Source of the DNA: Chara braunii | Taxonomy: Eukaryota; Plantae; Charophyceae | NCBI GenBank assembly: GCA_003427395.1 | Contig: BFEA01000017.1 | Location: 4,587,908-4,651,907 of the forward strand | DNA: 64,000 nucleotides | Direction of reading: 5' to 3' | In this document: one piece after another, positions 61,114-64,000 of the stretch | How the letters are laid out: each line of letters opens with the position of its first letter | Numbering within the stretch: position 1 is the first letter of the stretch | Made by a program: the position numbers and the translations under genes | Notes under the pieces: model-generated | Told to the model about the DNA's origin: nothing | The model's database searches: none | What the model saw: the letters and a program-made list of their open reading frames with translations, nothing else

Positions 61114-64000
61114 CTGTGTAACCGGTTGAACGTCGTGAACGCGCGTTCAATCCCCCATGCCCCGCGTTCAATCGCATTTAAACGCGCTGCACACGCGCGC
61201 GTGCGAAAAAATTGAACGCGGTCCCGCGGGGCGCGCGCGCGCGACTGGGGCTGCGGGTTGGTGGTCCGAGCTCAACAAACCGCCAAAGTGCGAAAACCGC
61301 CCCCCGGGACCACCACATACACCCCCCCCCACCCGCGGTCCCCGCCCCCGAAACCACCACCTGCCAAGCCCCGACTCCCCTACCCCCACCCAACGGAGGG
61401 CCACCCACCCCCGGGGACGTTTTTTTTTTTTTTTTTCCCCAGCCCACAATTACAACCCCCCAAACCACGCCACCCATTTACAGGGAGGAGGTCGAGGATC
61501 AGAGACGTTCATGGCTGCGAGACCCATGTGGGTCCAGAGCTCCTCCGGGTGATGTGGACGATGTTTTCGGGACTCGAGCCGCCACATTGCACCCGTACCC
61601 TCGAGACGACAGTGATTCCGAGGGTCACGAGGACAAGGACGAGTCGGCGGGCCCCGCTAGCACCACTCCTGCGGCGGATGAGCGTGATGAGTGGAGCGAC
61701 GGAGAGGACGTCCGTAGACGGAGTGGCGGAGATGACCTTTTCATTCAGGTTGATTTGGAGGAGGAGTCTGGGGGTCGTCATGGGATCCCTTTAGAGCGTC
61801 CGAGGCCTACGTCCACCGTTTCGCTTTCCGCTGAGCGGGAGACGGATCCTGGGTCTGCACCTTCGAGGGGGTCAGAGTCGGGGATTGGCCATCGTCCTCT
61901 GGGTCGCTCTGGCACGACATCATCCACCGCTCTTCCCACTTCGACGGAGCAGCTTCATCGACAGCCAGCCGTTGCAGATCGATTGCAGAGATTGGTGAGG
62001 GGTCCGAGACAGCGATTGGAGGACAGATTGGAGGGCGGTCCTGTGTCGGTGCAGGGTGACGACGGAGACAGACAAGGGTTGGTTGGTGGAGATGGTGGTG
62101 CGCTGGCCGGAGGTGGAGGCGGTGCCGAGGCTGATGCGGCGGTTGAGGGGATACCGATGGGCGGCGGAGGTGGTTTCAGTGAGTTTGGCGATATGGGTAT
62201 GCCCCCAGGAGAGAGTGTGGGTCTGGCCCTAGGAGAGAGCGAGTCCGGGGGGGACATCAGTGTGGGTATGTAGGACTTATTGGGACAGATCAGCTTCGCG
62301 GACCCGAGTAGTTTCTCCCCTACCATGTGCGCAGAGGTGATGTTGGGGGCAGAGGGGGATGAGGACCGAACACCCCCTGGAGAGACATCTGCAGAGAGGC
62401 TGGATAGGCTTGATAGTCGTCGAGCGTGCCTCATGGCACAGAGGGACCCCAGGATGCAGGAGCTCGCCCGTCTTGCGGCCGAGGACCGACATAGGCAGCA
62501 AGGGACATTTACGCCGGCGTCTGTTGACGCGAGGCCAGCTGCCCACACGGATACTCCGACAGAGGTTTATGACACGACGCAGCGGGAGGCAGCTTCGGCA
62601 GAGGTTTCGAGTAAGGGAGTGGATGTCCAGCAGGGGACGCTCGAAAGCGGGTTGGCACCGACAGAGGAGCTACGTTCGGAGCCGGCGCAGCATCCTGCCG
62701 TGGAGCGGAGGCCAGAGGAGACATTGAAGGAGGTCGCGGGCGTGCCTCTGCCTGCGGGTTCAGTCGAGGGTGCCGTGCATATGTCCCCGGGTCTGGAGGA
62801 CATACCGACAGGGCAGTCAGTGGGCGTTGATGATATTCGCCCATCGGCACAGGCGGAGGGGATAGCGCCGACCACCGGGGGGGACGGGGCCGTAGCGGGG
62901 ACCGTTGGTGCTGGCGGGTCGGGGGTGCCGTTCGCGGCCGATCCGATGTCCACGTCTGGCAGGGTAGACCCCGCACAGGTGGACAGGCGTGACGCAGACG
63001 GACAGGAGATGCCACAGACTTTGGTGGTTCGCACTGCTGTGGGGCCAGTGGTGCCACATCGGGCACCGTTTTTTGAGGGTTTTAGGCATCCTGCACATGG
63101 CGGTGGCCCGGTCGAGGAGCGACGTGTAGGCAGGGGCGCGTGCATACCCCCGGTCCCTACTTTTGCGCCGTCACGGACGAGGCCGGAGATTAGGCATGTG
63201 GCTACGCCTCGAGGCAGCCTCCCTTTTGGTTTTATGACCGCTGAGGAGTTGGAGGACCACGGCAGGAGGGATTTGACGGAGATCGACCAGCGAGTTTTGA
63301 GGTCAGTCCCAGGGGAGGGGAAGCTGCCTCACGTGCAGGACTTATCTTGGGGGCCATCTAGCCCCAGCTTACCTTCTGGGTGTTCCGTCGCAGCGTCATC
63401 TGGTGTCCTACTCTCGTTCGTCCCCTTCCACGAGGGGCGAATCCCGATACCTCCCTCCACGTCCAACAACGACTCATCTAGAGTCCACGGCATCGCGAAC
63501 CCGCGACCTGCTCGCTGATGAGATAGAAGGCGGACGTTGGCTGAGATCTCAACCAACTTCGCGACCTTCTCGAACTCAAGCCGGTTACGCTTCTTGGTCT
63601 GTACACCCTTGTGGACGGCCCAATTCCTCTCCGCAGGAGAGGAGCGCGTCCACATGTACATCACACGAAGAGCGATAACCTGCAATCTATGAATCCCCCT
63701 CGGCGGCGGACAGGCGCGGCCAAGTCCGCGGCCGCGGCCGAGTCCGCGACCCCGCGGACGCGTCCGCGCGGACGCGCGTCTTCGCGGACGCGTGGCGGCC
63801 GTTGGGGAAGGGGGTTTGGGAAACGGGAAGCGCCACGTGGCAGCGCAACCCCAGCCCCACCCCATCAGGCAAAAAAAACGAAAAAAATCTAATTTTTGGT
63901 TGGGGGGTTAAGGGCGAAATCGAAAAAAATAGGGAAAAAACACGCGTTTTTTTTTTCTTTTTCTTTTATTTCTTTTTCTTTCGTTGATTGATTGATTGAT
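61114..64000 (-). mobile_element. Second hAT element, partial and internally rearranged
   Basis: Starts CTGTGTA like the first hAT and has the same subterminal motifs. Dimerisation domain IALRVMYMWTRSSPAERNWAV...RNRLEFEKV on the minus strand (about 63400-63690); C-terminal tail on the plus strand (about 61480-63400). Confidence 0.85.

Overview
Eukaryotic, repeat-dense plant/algal DNA. The aquaporin type and the transposon families suggest a streptophyte alga such as Chara, but this is inference. Only one intact host gene was found: a 3-exon minus-strand aquaporin (20946-24134, 287 aa) that is TIP-like but has the H/H/A/R selectivity filter of hybrid intrinsic proteins (HIP). The rest is nested mobile DNA: two related minus-strand L1/Tx1-type LINEs; a plus-strand LINE split by a one-LTR Ty3/gypsy element and by a solo LTR; a full-length hAT transposon with an 8-bp TSD; a second, internally inverted hAT; and several MITE families. 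Four N-gaps and a Nextera mate-pair junction adapter mark assembly artefacts. The most striking observation lies in aquaporin intron 2, in the sense orientation: a U6 snRNA fragment fused to a U2 snRNA fragment, fused in turn to a diverged copy of the same intron's 3' end and the start of exon 3. This is the order expected if a reverse transcriptase hopped across the RNAs of an active spliceosome (hypothesis).
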